A DNA stretch of 64,000 nucleotides from Deltaproteobacteria bacterium. Its GTDB lineage: Bacteria > Desulfobacterota > Binatia > UBA1149 > JAJCZL01. Location: contig JAJCZL010000058.1 in assembly GCA_029262415.1 (NCBI GenBank), positions 135,712 through 199,711 on the forward strand, given 5' to 3'. The notes under the pieces are model-generated. The model was not told where the DNA came from, did no database searches, and saw nothing but the letters and a program-made list of their open reading frames with translations. Of the stretch, positions 38,613-47,892 are shown piece after piece. The stretch's first letter is position 1. The number at the start of each line of letters is the position of its first letter. A program made the translations under genes and the position numbers.

Positions 38613-39836
38613 TCAAGTGCAGAGCCAGGCCTCTAGCTGTGCATAGACGTCCGGGTCGGCCAACAGCTCCATATGCCCGGTCGCGGGGAAGATGCGTATG
38701 TTTTCCGGGCGGAAGCCCAGCGTACGGGCCGGGTCGTCGTGGCGCCCAATCGCGCTCGACGGATGCACGAGTCCGTCCCCAAGAAGCGTACCCGCGAGCC
38801 CTGCATGTGCGGGCGACAGGGTGCCGGCAATCGCGAAGTGCTGTGGGCCTTCGGTCAGCGGTGTTGCGCATCGGCAATCGTCGTGGCGCTCGAAACGCTC
38901 TGCACCGTTCCAATCGGCATCGACGACGTTACCATAGCGAAGGTCGGTGACGGCTGCGCTTCGAATCGCCCCAAGCCGGGCGAGCGGCGCTGTGTAGCGA
39001 CTCCAGGCCGCGAGCGCTTGGAATCGATTGCCCGCGCGTTCGAGCACCGCACCGTGGTGAGGCGTACCGAGGTAGACAGCGCAAGCGACTTTCGGCAGCC
39101 AAGCTGCACTGCTCAGCGCCGCCGCGTGGAGCGCACTGCGGATTACCAACCCGCCCAGACTGTGACCGACTAAGGTGATCTTTTTTAGCGGAACCGGCCA
39201 CTGCTCGTTCAGCTGGGTGAGCTGCCCAGCAAGGTCGTCACCGTTGTGCGAGACGTGACGGCCGCTGTTGTAGCGCAGGTAGAGCGACGTGCAGCCGAGG
39301 GCAGACGCAAGGGCGTCCCCGTGGCTATGCGCTCTACCGTCCGTACGCGTGCGCGTCCACTGCAGGTCGTTCATACATAAGCCGTGGACGAGGATGAGCA
39401 CGTGTTCGCGAGCATCCGGGAGTGTCGCCATCAACGCGTCACGTTCGAGTCGAAGCGCACGACCCCCAACTCGAAGCGACATCGAGATCGCAAGCGCATT
39501 GTCCGTGCCCTCGAGATGATCGCCGATCACGCCGTTCAAGATCGAAACGAACGGCTCGTGCGAAACCTCGTTCGAGGTGTCACCGAGGGCCTCGCCAGCG
39601 GTGTTCGACGCGACCGAGGGCGCGAGCGCGTAGCCCACACCACCGCGTAAAACTTTGTTCACGCCGCGCACGCACGCGTAAACAAACCCTGCTATCCCTG
39701 GAGCGCGCCCGCGCGGTATCGCGAGGAAAGGCGGCCATACAATGTTGCGATGCATGCCCTCGACGATGTTGGTGACACCATCGACCGCATCGAAGACCAG
39801 GCCGAGTCCGCCGCGTACTGAACCGTTGTCGCTCAT
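38613..39836 (-). CDS. Alpha/beta hydrolase (PGAP1-like lipase/esterase)
   Basis: ILVHGLCMN...GHSLGG nucleophile elbow. Confidence 0.65.
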   Translation of the reverse strand: MSDNGSVRGGLGLVFDAVDGVTNIVEGMHRNIVWPPFLAIPRGRAPGIAGFVYACVRGVNKVLRGGVGYALAPSVASNTAGEALGDTSNEVSHEPFVSILNGVIGDHLEGTDNALAISMSLRVGGRALRLERDALMATLPDAREHVLILVHGLCMNDLQWTRTRTDGRAHSHGDALASALGCTSLYLRYNSGRHVSHNGDDLAGQLTQLNEQWPVPLKKITLVGHSLGGLVIRSALHAAALSSAAWLPKVACAVYLGTPHHGAVLERAGNRFQALAAWSRYTAPLARLGAIRSAAVTDLRYGNVVDADWNGAERFERHDDCRCATPLTEGPQHFAIAGTLSPAHAGLAGTLLGDGLVHPSSAIGRHDDPARTLGFRPENIRIFPATGHMELLADPDVYAQLEAWLCT

Positions 39837-39914
39837 AGGAAGTAACAAATCCTGTCTCGCCGGCGCCAAGACAGCAAACAACTACGACAGCGAGCCTAGA
39901 TCGGCTCGCCTCCC

Positions 39915-41387
39915 TTACAGCGTCAACTCCAGCGACAGGTACCCGAAGGTGATGTCTTTGGCCGGGCCGGTCTGTTCGATGAAATCTCCGGTGAACAAGC
40001 GACTGAGCCCTAACGCAACTTTGGCATATGGACAAAGCACCTTGGTCAGCGTCAGGTCAACTTCGGTGCCGACCTCCTTTGCGCTCCCCGGTGAACCCGC
40101 GCGCACGACGGAGCCGCCTGCGTTATACAAGGCGTCTTCTTCTTCGGCGCGCCGGAAATGGTGAAGATCCGCGCGAAAAACCAGACCGGGTGCGAGAGTA
40201 ACAGTGCCGGTAAGACGGGCAGCCGCGATGTTCTGGCGGCCGACGAAATCGATGAACCCTAAGAACGCATGTCCGAGCGGAAACAGCTGGTTGAAGGTCT
40301 CAACATCGCCGTCGCCGGCTCGATCGTCACCACTTGCGTAGTCCACCCCAAGAGCGAGCCGACCGGGGTTACCGATGATCTCGACCTTGCGGCCCAATTC
40401 GACCGACCCCATATACGCGGAGATGTCGCCGGTGCCTAGATCACCAAACTGGTATGCAACCTCGGCGTCGATATCGTTGGCTCCCGAGGCGCCGTATCCG
40501 CGGGTTCCAATCGTATAGCGCTCTTCCCGACCGCTGCTGCCATTGAAAGTGGCCGTCTCGTTGTCAAGGCCGAACGCATATACGTCTACGCCTGAAGTAG
40601 TTGAGCAGCTGCGGTTCAGGTAGATACCATAAAACTCATTGTCACCAGCCTCATTGAAATCGCGGAGTTCAATTATAACCGGCTTTGTAAAAAACGCGGT
40701 TGCTTTCCACGGCCCCGAAGCGAGGTGAGCGCTGCCGCCTTCAAACGTGCGGCGCGTGTTCGACCAGTCCAACGGACTCACCAGCCGTTGTTTGCCGAGC
40801 AGTAACTCCTCACGCCCACCACGCAACGAGAGCGTGCCGCCGGCAATCGGTGTCGTGTACTCGACGAAACCGTTTTGCAGATCGAGGTAGTCTGCCTCGA
40901 GACTACGGCGACCACCGGGGAGATCGCGCCCCGACGCGAGCGCGGTTTTGGCCTCGACAAACACCCGCCAGTGCTCGCCGATGTGGAGATCGGCATGGGC
41001 GAAGAAGCGGCTGAGCAGGTAAATGTCGTCGTGATTGGCCGGCGCGCCGAAGGCGAAATCTGTCCAACTCTCGATGCGCTCGCGCACCTGCCCCCCCAAA
41101 CTCAGCCACACCGTACCGCCATCGCTCAGCTCGATGTACTTAAGTTCGTCGACTCCTGCGCGACCGGAGTTCGCAAGCACCGACCAGTCCTCCTGAAAAC
41201 GCAGCTTCTTGAACTGGGGACGCTCCTCGCCGTCCCCAGGACGCACGACCGCACCAGCCGCCGACGCCGTTGCCGGTACCAATGACGCTGCGACAAGAGC
41301 GATAGCCACTAGTACGGTCAACAGAGAAAGTCGGGTGCTCACGAACGGATCACGCCGCCTTCTCCTTATCTTTTTTGCTTTTCGCAT
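39915..41387 (-). CDS. Alginate-export-family outer-membrane beta-barrel (AlgE-like)
   Basis: Signal peptide after a Lys/Arg-rich N-terminus. KYIELSDGGTVWLSLGGQVRERIESW and C-terminal aromatic residues. RBS GGAGGAGG. Confidence 0.6.
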   Translation of the reverse strand: MRKAKKIRRRRRDPFVSTRLSLLTVLVAIALVAASLVPATASAAGAVVRPGDGEERPQFKKLRFQEDWSVLANSGRAGVDELKYIELSDGGTVWLSLGGQVRERIESWTDFAFGAPANHDDIYLLSRFFAHADLHIGEHWRVFVEAKTALASGRDLPGGRRSLEADYLDLQNGFVEYTTPIAGGTLSLRGGREELLLGKQRLVSPLDWSNTRRTFEGGSAHLASGPWKATAFFTKPVIIELRDFNEAGDNEFYGIYLNRSCSTTSGVDVYAFGLDNETATFNGSSGREERYTIGTRGYGASGANDIDAEVAYQFGDLGTGDISAYMGSVELGRKVEIIGNPGRLALGVDYASGDDRAGDGDVETFNQLFPLGHAFLGFIDFVGRQNIAAARLTGTVTLAPGLVFRADLHHFRRAEEEDALYNAGGSVVRAGSPGSAKEVGTEVDLTLTKVLCPYAKVALGLSRLFTGDFIEQTGPAKDITFGYLSLELTL

Positions 41388-41841
41388 TTCGCGCCTCCTC
41401 CATCTTGGCGGGGTTGACCACCATCATCGGGCAGGTAGCGTTACGCATAACGTGCTCGGTTACGCTGCCCATCATCAAGTGCTTGAGGCCGGTGTGGCCA
41501 TGGGTGGCCATGACGATCAGGTCGGCGTCGATCTCCTGGGCAACACGGAGAATCGATTCCTCGACCGAACCCGAGCGCACCAGCACCTCGACATCCTGGT
41601 TTTTGATATGCCTGGACACCCAGCCCTCTGCCTCTTCTCGCACCTGCTGCAAGATCGCCCGATCGAGCTCGGCAGCGATCTCACCCGTCCAGTGCGAATA
41701 AGCGATCGCCATCGTCTGCTGGACGTGCAGCACGGTCAGTTTGGCGCCAGCCTGCTTGGCAAGGTGCGCAGCGAACTGAACAGCCGACCACGAAGGCTTA
41801 GACAGATCGGTGGTGGTCAGGATTCTTTTGAATTGTCTCAT
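41350..41841 (-). CDS. Universal stress protein UspA
   Basis: ILTTTDLS...DADLIVMATHGHTGLKHLMMGSVTEHVMRNATCPMMVV. Confidence 0.8.
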   Translation of the reverse strand: MRQFKRILTTTDLSKPSWSAVQFAAHLAKQAGAKLTVLHVQQTMAIAYSHWTGEIAAELDRAILQQVREEAEGWVSRHIKNQDVEVLVRSGSVEESILRVAQEIDADLIVMATHGHTGLKHLMMGSVTEHVMRNATCPMMVVNPAKMEEARNAKSKKDKEKAA

Positions 41842-41863
41842 TTTGATGCCTCCGTTTCGTTAC

Positions 41864-42697
41864 TTACCAAGTCGCGGGGTCCGCATTCTTCGCCAACAGC
41901 TTAGGGTCGAAGAGTCCGTCCTCAGGCATGGTCCCTTCCTCAAGTTCGAGGATACGTAGCTCACTTGTGCCGCCCTCCTGGACGTCGATCACACGCACGG
42001 CCATCGGCAACATCGACTTGCCGACCTGCTTAAAGTCCGAGAAGTGCTGGGTGCGCCACAGGCGGCCCGAGGGATCGAAGAAACGCCGCTCAAGCGGACG
42101 CAAGTCATGTTGATGAACCCAAGTAGTGATGCGCTTGAAGGGCCCGGCTCCGGCAGGCGTTTCGTGGAGTTCGTAGGCAGGTTGTAGCCTGTAGTTTCCG
42201 AGTCCGTGCAGTCTGACGTTTCCGCTACTGCGGGTCCAGAAACCGAGGTCAGACACCGTCAGATCGCTGCCGAGAAAGAACTGCTCGCCGCCGACTCGGG
42301 TAAGCCGACGCACGCGCCTGACCGGCGGCACGTAGCTCCAGATCTCAGGGTCACCGCCGCCAACTTCGCGGATCAACACTGCGAAGCCTTTCACTTCGGG
42401 AGGTCCGGTCAGGACGGTAAGTAACGCAGGCCCCTCGGGCAACACTTTATAGGCTTGACGGCCGGCCCACTTAACGACAACTCCGTCTCCCGAGCGTATC
42501 GTCATTTCGACATTGCGGACGCTAGGCGTCGCGGGGGCAAGGTTACGACGTAGTCCTTGTAAGATTTCGCCTAGGCCATCAGCGCCCCCAGCCGCAGCCG
42601 GCTCTGCAGCGCAAACAAAGATGGCCACCGCTGCGGCGATCACGACCCCTGCTGCGACCGCGCGGGACTTTTTCGTCGCGACATTCGTGGCTCTCAT
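41864..42697 (-). CDS. Outer-membrane lipoprotein-sorting (LolA-like fold) family protein
   Basis: Signal peptide. Family-typical length and motifs. RBS ggagg. Confidence 0.55.
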   Translation of the reverse strand: MRATNVATKKSRAVAAGVVIAAAVAIFVCAAEPAAAGGADGLGEILQGLRRNLAPATPSVRNVEMTIRSGDGVVVKWAGRQAYKVLPEGPALLTVLTGPPEVKGFAVLIREVGGGDPEIWSYVPPVRRVRRLTRVGGEQFFLGSDLTVSDLGFWTRSSGNVRLHGLGNYRLQPAYELHETPAGAGPFKRITTWVHQHDLRPLERRFFDPSGRLWRTQHFSDFKQVGKSMLPMAVRVIDVQEGGTSELRILELEEGTMPEDGLFDPKLLAKNADPATW

Positions 42698-42748
42698 TGG
42701 GCACACCTCCGATGTCGGGTCAGGTTCCGGCACTTCCACTAGTGGCAG

Positions 42749-42764
42749 AGCACAGCCTGTGCCA
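42749..42764 (-). promoter_or_regulatory. Sigma-54 promoter (minus-strand reading TGGCACAGGCTGTGCT; GG-N10-GC) about 40 nt upstream of the LolA-like start
   Basis: Read from sequence. Matches TGGCAC-N5-TTGC at the key positions. Confidence 0.45.
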
Positions 42765-42865
42765 GGATGGCCGCAGCAAATCCAAGCACTTACGTTCACG
42801 ATTTCCTAGCCGTGAGAAAATCTGAGCGCCGCGTATTCTTGAAAGCGAGAGAGCGAAGGGGGACT

Positions 42866-44233
42866 TCAGTCAGCGTCTATACCGAGTTCTTCGATCTTAC
42901 GATAAAGCGAGGACAACCCGATACCGAGCCGCTCGGCAGCCTGCTTCTTGTCGCCCTCGCACGCGTGCAGAATGGACGAAACGTGGTGTGACTCGTACGT
43001 GCGCATCGCACCTTTGAGTTCGTCGCCAACGTCTTCACCATGGTTGCCCGCAGCTCGCCCTGACCCTTCGACTCCGCTGGGGAGATCCTCCGAAGTCAGC
43101 CACGGCTCAGTACCGACGATCATCGCATGCTCAATCGCATTCTCGAGCTCACGGACGTTGCCCTTCCAAGGATGAACGGACAAAAGCTTGAGCGCAGCGT
43201 TATCTACACCTTGAAAATGACGATTCATTTCGGTGTTGTGGCGTCCCACCAAGAAATCCACCAGCAACGGTATGTCTTCTCGTCGTTCGCGTAGGGGCGG
43301 AATCTGAATGCCAAATACGTTGAGACGGTAGTACAGGTCTTCACGGAAAGTGCCCTCTGCGCACTGCTTTTCGAGATCCCGATTGGTCGCAGTAATGATC
43401 CGGAGATCGACTTTCTGCGGCTTGGCGGCACCGAGCGGCAGGAACTCCTTTTCCTCGATCGCGCGTAGCACCTTGACCTGCAAGCCAAGTGGCAAATCGC
43501 TGATTTCGTCGAGAAACAGCGTCCCGCCGCGTGCACGCGAGAACAGTCCCTCGCTCGACTGCTTGGCATCGGTAAAGGCACCGCGCACGTAGCCAAACAG
43601 TTGGCTTTCGAGCAGGTTCTCGGGGATCGCCCCGCAGTTGACCGGCAAGAAGATCGCATCAGCACGTGGGCTATGGCGGTGAATCGCGCGCGCCACGACT
43701 TCTTTGCCAACCCCGCTCTCGCCGGTGATGAGCACCGTCGATGACGTTCGGGCGACCTGTTCGACGCGACGCGCGATCTCGCGCGTCGCCACGCTGCGAC
43801 CGACCAAGCTATCGAAGTGATACCGGTCTTCGACTTTTCGACGCAGATCCTGGCGCTCCCAGGCCTCGCGCCGGTGCTGCAGCAGCCGTTCAACTTTGGT
43901 CAGCACCTCGTCATAGACGAGAGGCTTGAGCATGAAGTCGTGGGCACCCTCGTGCAGCGCAGACACGGCCGACTCGATACTCGCGTGCGCGGTCATCATC
44001 ACGACCAGGGTTTGTGGGTAGCTCTCGCGGATCTGCCGCAGCAAGGACAGCCCATCGACATTGGGCATCCGCAGGTCGGTGAGCACCAACTCAAAATCGC
44101 TCTGACCCAATGCAGAAAGCGCCTCGCGACCATCGACCGCGGTTGAGACGACGTGGCCCGCATCCCCAAGCACCTCGGCCAAAGCCATACGGCTGGCCGG
44201 CTCGTCATCAACTACTAAGATCGCACTCCCCAT
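42866..44233 (-). CDS. NtrC-family sigma-54-dependent response regulator (REC + AAA+ + Fis HTH)
   Basis: ILVVDDE...DLRMP. GESGVGKE Walker A. GAFTDA motif. C-terminal HTH. Confidence 0.9.
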   Translation of the reverse strand: MGSAILVVDDEPASRMALAEVLGDAGHVVSTAVDGREALSALGQSDFELVLTDLRMPNVDGLSLLRQIRESYPQTLVVMMTAHASIESAVSALHEGAHDFMLKPLVYDEVLTKVERLLQHRREAWERQDLRRKVEDRYHFDSLVGRSVATREIARRVEQVARTSSTVLITGESGVGKEVVARAIHRHSPRADAIFLPVNCGAIPENLLESQLFGYVRGAFTDAKQSSEGLFSRARGGTLFLDEISDLPLGLQVKVLRAIEEKEFLPLGAAKPQKVDLRIITATNRDLEKQCAEGTFREDLYYRLNVFGIQIPPLRERREDIPLLVDFLVGRHNTEMNRHFQGVDNAALKLLSVHPWKGNVRELENAIEHAMIVGTEPWLTSEDLPSGVEGSGRAAGNHGEDVGDELKGAMRTYESHHVSSILHACEGDKKQAAERLGIGLSSLYRKIEELGIDAD

Positions 44234-44470
44234 CGCGCTACAAATAGGCGAGGGATACGGATGAGAGTCAAGGCGTGGCATCGATCAGCTACCCAGCAAT
44301 AGGTCTGCCAGTCCACCCGGGTCTACAAAAGCACGGGTTTTGCCTGCTGTTTGTCGATCTCTAGCACCGGTTTGGATTGGGCCGGTTCTCGCATCCGGGA
44401 GAGCAGTCCGGGTGTTTTCTCAGATACCAGAAGCGAGCCGTCGATACGCTGCGTCTCGCACGCCTCGCTT

Positions 44471-44486
44471 CGGCACGGAAGCTGCA
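44471..44486 (+). promoter_or_regulatory. Sigma-54 promoter CGGCACGGAAGCTGCA (GG 44472-3, GC 44484-5) upstream of the DHOD-like gene
   Basis: Read from sequence. RBS aaggag and the ATG at 44517 follow. Confidence 0.5.
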
Positions 44487-44516
44487 TGGTAGGGGCCGAC
44501 ACCGAAGGAGTTACCG

Positions 44517-45473
44517 ATGGCGGACCTAACGACCCGTTATATGGGCGTCGACTTGGATTCCCCGCTCGTCGCCGCCGCATCCCCTGGGTCACGGACTGTT
44601 GACGGGTGCTGCGCCCTAGAAGAAGCTGGGGCCGCGGCAATCGTCATGTGCTCTCTCTTCGCAGAGTCCGTGACTGCGGTGGCGGCGGGCGAGGAAACCG
44701 ACGTCTACAGGTCCAAGAGCGGCAATTTCATCTTTGGGCCCGAGGCCTACATCGAACACCTGAGCCGTGTCGTCGAGGCGGTCGATATCCCGGTGATCGC
44801 AAGCCTCAACGTTTCGCGGCCGGGTCCCTGGGAAGACTATGTCCCGGCTATCGCGGAGGTCGGCGTCGCGGCGATCGAACTCGACGTTTACAAGATAGTT
44901 ACCGATCCCGGCTGCGACGACGCCCTGGTGCTCGGCACGTACATCGAGTGCCTACGTCGGGTGAAAACCCGCGTTGATGTGCCGGTCGCGCTCAAGCTGG
45001 CGCCCTATTTCACGAGCATGGCGGCCGCCGCCTCAGCCTTCGATGACGCGGGCGCCGACGCACTGGTCCTCTTTAACCGGTTCTACCAGCCGACCATCGA
45101 TATCGAGCACCGCACCTTATCGATGAGCTTCGATCCTTCTGATAGCGCCGACAGCCGCCTGCCGATGATCTGGATAGCCATCCTGACCGGGCAAGTACAT
45201 GCCGACCTCGCGGCTAGCGGAGGCATTGGATCGGCCGAGGACGTCATCCGCATGTTGATGGCGGGAGCCACAGTAACGCAGCTATGCTCGGCGGTCTTGC
45301 GCGAGGGCAACGGGGTGTTCCGCAAGATCCGCGCAGACCTGAGTCGATGGCTCGACAGGCACGAGTGCAACGGCGTCAAAGACGTACGCGGGGTCATGCG
45401 CATGGCGCGGCACCCCGGCGATCGTGGATATGGCCGTGAAGGCTACCAACAGATTATCAACCGTCACTGGTAG
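44517..45473 (+). CDS. Dihydroorotate-dehydrogenase-like / dihydropyrimidine-dehydrogenase-like flavin TIM-barrel protein
   Basis: DHOD-family motifs (IASLNVS, ELDVY, SGGIGSAEDV). Confidence 0.65.
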   Translation: MADLTTRYMGVDLDSPLVAAASPGSRTVDGCCALEEAGAAAIVMCSLFAESVTAVAAGEETDVYRSKSGNFIFGPEAYIEHLSRVVEAVDIPVIASLNVSRPGPWEDYVPAIAEVGVAAIELDVYKIVTDPGCDDALVLGTYIECLRRVKTRVDVPVALKLAPYFTSMAAAASAFDDAGADALVLFNRFYQPTIDIEHRTLSMSFDPSDSADSRLPMIWIAILTGQVHADLAASGGIGSAEDVIRMLMAGATVTQLCSAVLREGNGVFRKIRADLSRWLDRHECNGVKDVRGVMRMARHPGDRGYGREGYQQIINRHW

Positions 45474-45535
45474 ACGCGGCTTGTACCGAGCCGCTTTGCC
45501 AGGCAGAGTTGCTGCTACGCTGAGCAAAGGCAGCA

Positions 45536-46645
45536 GTGACCGACGCCGACAAAGACTACCCGGGCCATGCACACGCACGCGCGATCCTCGATAACGTGCG
45601 CGACGCGATTATAACCATCGATGGGGATGGCACCATCACCCATTTCAACCGGGCTGCCGAGACGATGTTTGAGCGTAAGGCCGCCGACACCATCGGCGCA
45701 AACGTCAGCGAACTGATGCCCGAGCCATACCGGAGCGAACACACCCGCTACATCGGCGCATACCGTGACAGCGGTGTACCAAAAGCGATCGGTCGCATCC
45801 GCGACGTGCACGGGCAACGTGCCGGTGGAGAAGTATTTCCGATGGAACTGTCGGTGGCAGAGGTCATCAGTGGACCTAACCCGATCTACACCGCGATCAT
45901 CCGCGACGTTACAGCGCTACGTCACGCCACAGAAGTTGTGCGCGAACGGGAGCGCCTCGCCGAGTTAGGTGCTATAGCCGCGAAACTCGTACATGATATT
46001 GGCAACCCTCTTTCAGGTTTGACCATGCGCGTCGAGCATATGCGACGCTTAGCCGATACCCCCGATGGGCTCCCGCCCGAGAAACTACGCGCGTCGCTCG
46101 ACCACGTGCGAAACGCCGCCGCATCGATGAACGCATTGATCCGCGGCTTCATGGATTTCGCACGCGGGCAGCGCTTGCAGCGCAGCAAAGTCGACATCGC
46201 GGCGTTACTCTCGGTGATCGTCGACTTGTGGGCGCCGGTTGCCGCACAATCAAACGCATCGATAGTCTTGGACACCGGACAGGGATTGCTCTTCGTGCAC
46301 GCCGATGCTGAACAGCTGCAGCGCGTGTTTCACAACTTAATTCGCAACGGCGTCGAGGCAGTGGCAGGTGGTTGCGGCAAAACCGTTCGCGTCTCGGCCG
46401 AGCTGTCCGATGGACGCGTAGCCGTCTCTGTCTGCGACGACGGTCCCGGTGTCCCGGCCAACGTCGATGTGTTTCACCTGTTCGAAACTACTAAACCCGG
46501 TGGAACCGGCATTGGGCTGGCAGTAGCCAAACAAATCGTCTCCGCACATGGCGGAACAATCTCGCACCGCCCGCGCGCGGGCGGGGGCGCGGAGTTTCGC
46601 GTCGAGTTGGCGTGCGGCGACGAGATCGAGGGCCCCAGGGCGTAA
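45536..46645 (+). CDS. PAS-domain sensor histidine kinase
   Basis: PAS domain. H-box LVHDIGNPLSG. N/G1/G2 boxes HNLIRNGVEA, DDGPGV, GTGIGLAV. Confidence 0.8.
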   Translation: MTDADKDYPGHAHARAILDNVRDAIITIDGDGTITHFNRAAETMFERKAADTIGANVSELMPEPYRSEHTRYIGAYRDSGVPKAIGRIRDVHGQRAGGEVFPMELSVAEVISGPNPIYTAIIRDVTALRHATEVVRERERLAELGAIAAKLVHDIGNPLSGLTMRVEHMRRLADTPDGLPPEKLRASLDHVRNAAASMNALIRGFMDFARGQRLQRSKVDIAALLSVIVDLWAPVAAQSNASIVLDTGQGLLFVHADAEQLQRVFHNLIRNGVEAVAGGCGKTVRVSAELSDGRVAVSVCDDGPGVPANVDVFHLFETTKPGGTGIGLAVAKQIVSAHGGTISHRPRAGGGAEFRVELACGDEIEGPRA

Positions 46646-46662
46646 GCGCCCCGCCGCAGCAC

Positions 46663-47181
46663 TCAGTGCCCGTGTTGGGGTGATCCGGATATGTGTTCAT
46701 GGCCACCCTCGTCGTCGACACCCGGCGCCGGCCGTAAAACGGGCAGGCTCATCGAGAGCTCCTCTGAGCCGATCCTGAGTTCGAAGGTAAGTTCGCTCTC
46801 GCCGGGCGCAAGAAGGTAGTTTTCTGCGGTGAGGTAGCGCCCTCCCGGGCCGACGGTTAAATCGGTCGTTTTGGTGCTGTCCTCAACCGTACCCTGTACA
46901 CCGTCGACCGGCCGTACCTCCATGAACGAATCAAGGAGGTAGAGACGAAAGGCACCGTTGCCTGCGGCAACCAGTTCCAAGTGGAGGTCGCCAGCCATAC
47001 CGAGTGCGCCACCGTGGGGTGCAACACTGTGGTCGTGGGCCCGGCGAGCGCCGCCGGAGACGCACGATATCGAGGCCAAGGTGAGCATGCAGCCAAGCGT
47101 ACACACCTGCACCAGCATCGGCACCGAGCCCGAAGCGAGAGGACCCCGATCGCTCGGATCGCGAAGCGCAGCCGTATCCAT
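46663..47181 (-). CDS. Secreted His-rich hypothetical protein (possible periplasmic metal-binding)
   Basis: RBS aggag before the ATG at 47181. Hydrophobic segment, then HDH...H...HEH..QHGH. Confidence 0.4.
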   Translation of the reverse strand: MDTAALRDPSDRGPLASGSVPMLVQVCTLGCMLTLASISCVSGGARRAHDHSVAPHGGALGMAGDLHLELVAAGNGAFRLYLLDSFMEVRPVDGVQGTVEDSTKTTDLTVGPGGRYLTAENYLLAPGESELTFELRIGSEELSMSLPVLRPAPGVDDEGGHEHISGSPQHGH

Positions 47182-47271
47182 TTGCCTAACTCCTGACTAG
47201 CCTAGGTCGATAGCCCCCGAACACTACCACCGCAACTGGGCAAAGGAGCTACTAACTGCCGTGCTAGCCGG

Positions 47272-47892
47272 CTAGGGAAGCTCTGCACGAGTCTTTCAAA
47301 ATGAGATAAGTACGTAAGTCGAGCGACTCGTGAGGAGGTTGGGCGATGGGTGAGCAGCGTAGGTTCGCGTCGGTAGCGTGGAGTCGGAAAGGAAAGGTAA
47401 CGCGCCGGGAGCGATTTCTCGCCGAGATGGACGCGGTGATACCGTGGAAGCCGTTGCTGGACGCGATCCCGAGATGAAGCAGGCGATGAAGGGCAAAGCC
47501 TGGTATTTCGGCGTGAAGCTGCACGTGGGGACGGACTGCAAAGGCCGGGTGCATCACGTGACGGCGACCCATGCGGCGACTCATGACATCAGGCAACTGC
47601 CGCATCTGCTGCACGGGGAGGAAGGTGCGCCATCGAGGTCTGGCCAAGAACCTGGCCCGAGCCCACACCATGTTCGGACTGGCAAGTCTGTACAGCGTGC
47701 GCCGTCAGCTACTTCCCAAGGGGGTGCCCCGTGCCGGTTGTGAAGCCGCAAGACAGGCCGGGTAGCGCCGGCCGGCTAGCTTCCGCGAGCTGAAACCGCG
47801 CTACATTCCGCGCGGAATGTGCATAACCGGCGCAAAGTACACCGGCGGCACGATGATCGGTCCGCTCAGTCACTTGTGCAGAGCTTCCCTAG
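47272..47892. mobile_element. Internally deleted IS5-family insertion sequence (613 bp) with perfect 13-bp terminal IRs GGAAGCTCTGCAC (47276-47288 / 47876-47888) and 4-bp CTAG target duplication (47272-75 / 47889-92)
   Basis: IRs and TSD read directly. Internal ORF fragments match IS5 transposase N-terminal, middle and C-terminal segments. Confidence 0.65.
47346..47765 (+). pseudogene. IS5-family DDE transposase remnant in three frames
   Basis: MGEQRRFASVAWSRKGKVTRRERFLAEMDAVIPWKPLLDAIP / KGKAWYFGVKLHVGTDCKGRVHHVTATHAATHDI..LLHGEE / RKVRHRGLAKNLARAHTMFGLASLYSVRRQLL. Confidence 0.6.

Noticed and set aside
38617-38640. GTGCAGAGC...CTAG resembling the IS5-remnant right end, next to the lipase stop
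   Set aside because: Only a 9-mer matches the IR, and the remainder diverges. Chance expectation for a 9-mer in 128 kb of two-strand sequence is about 0.5.
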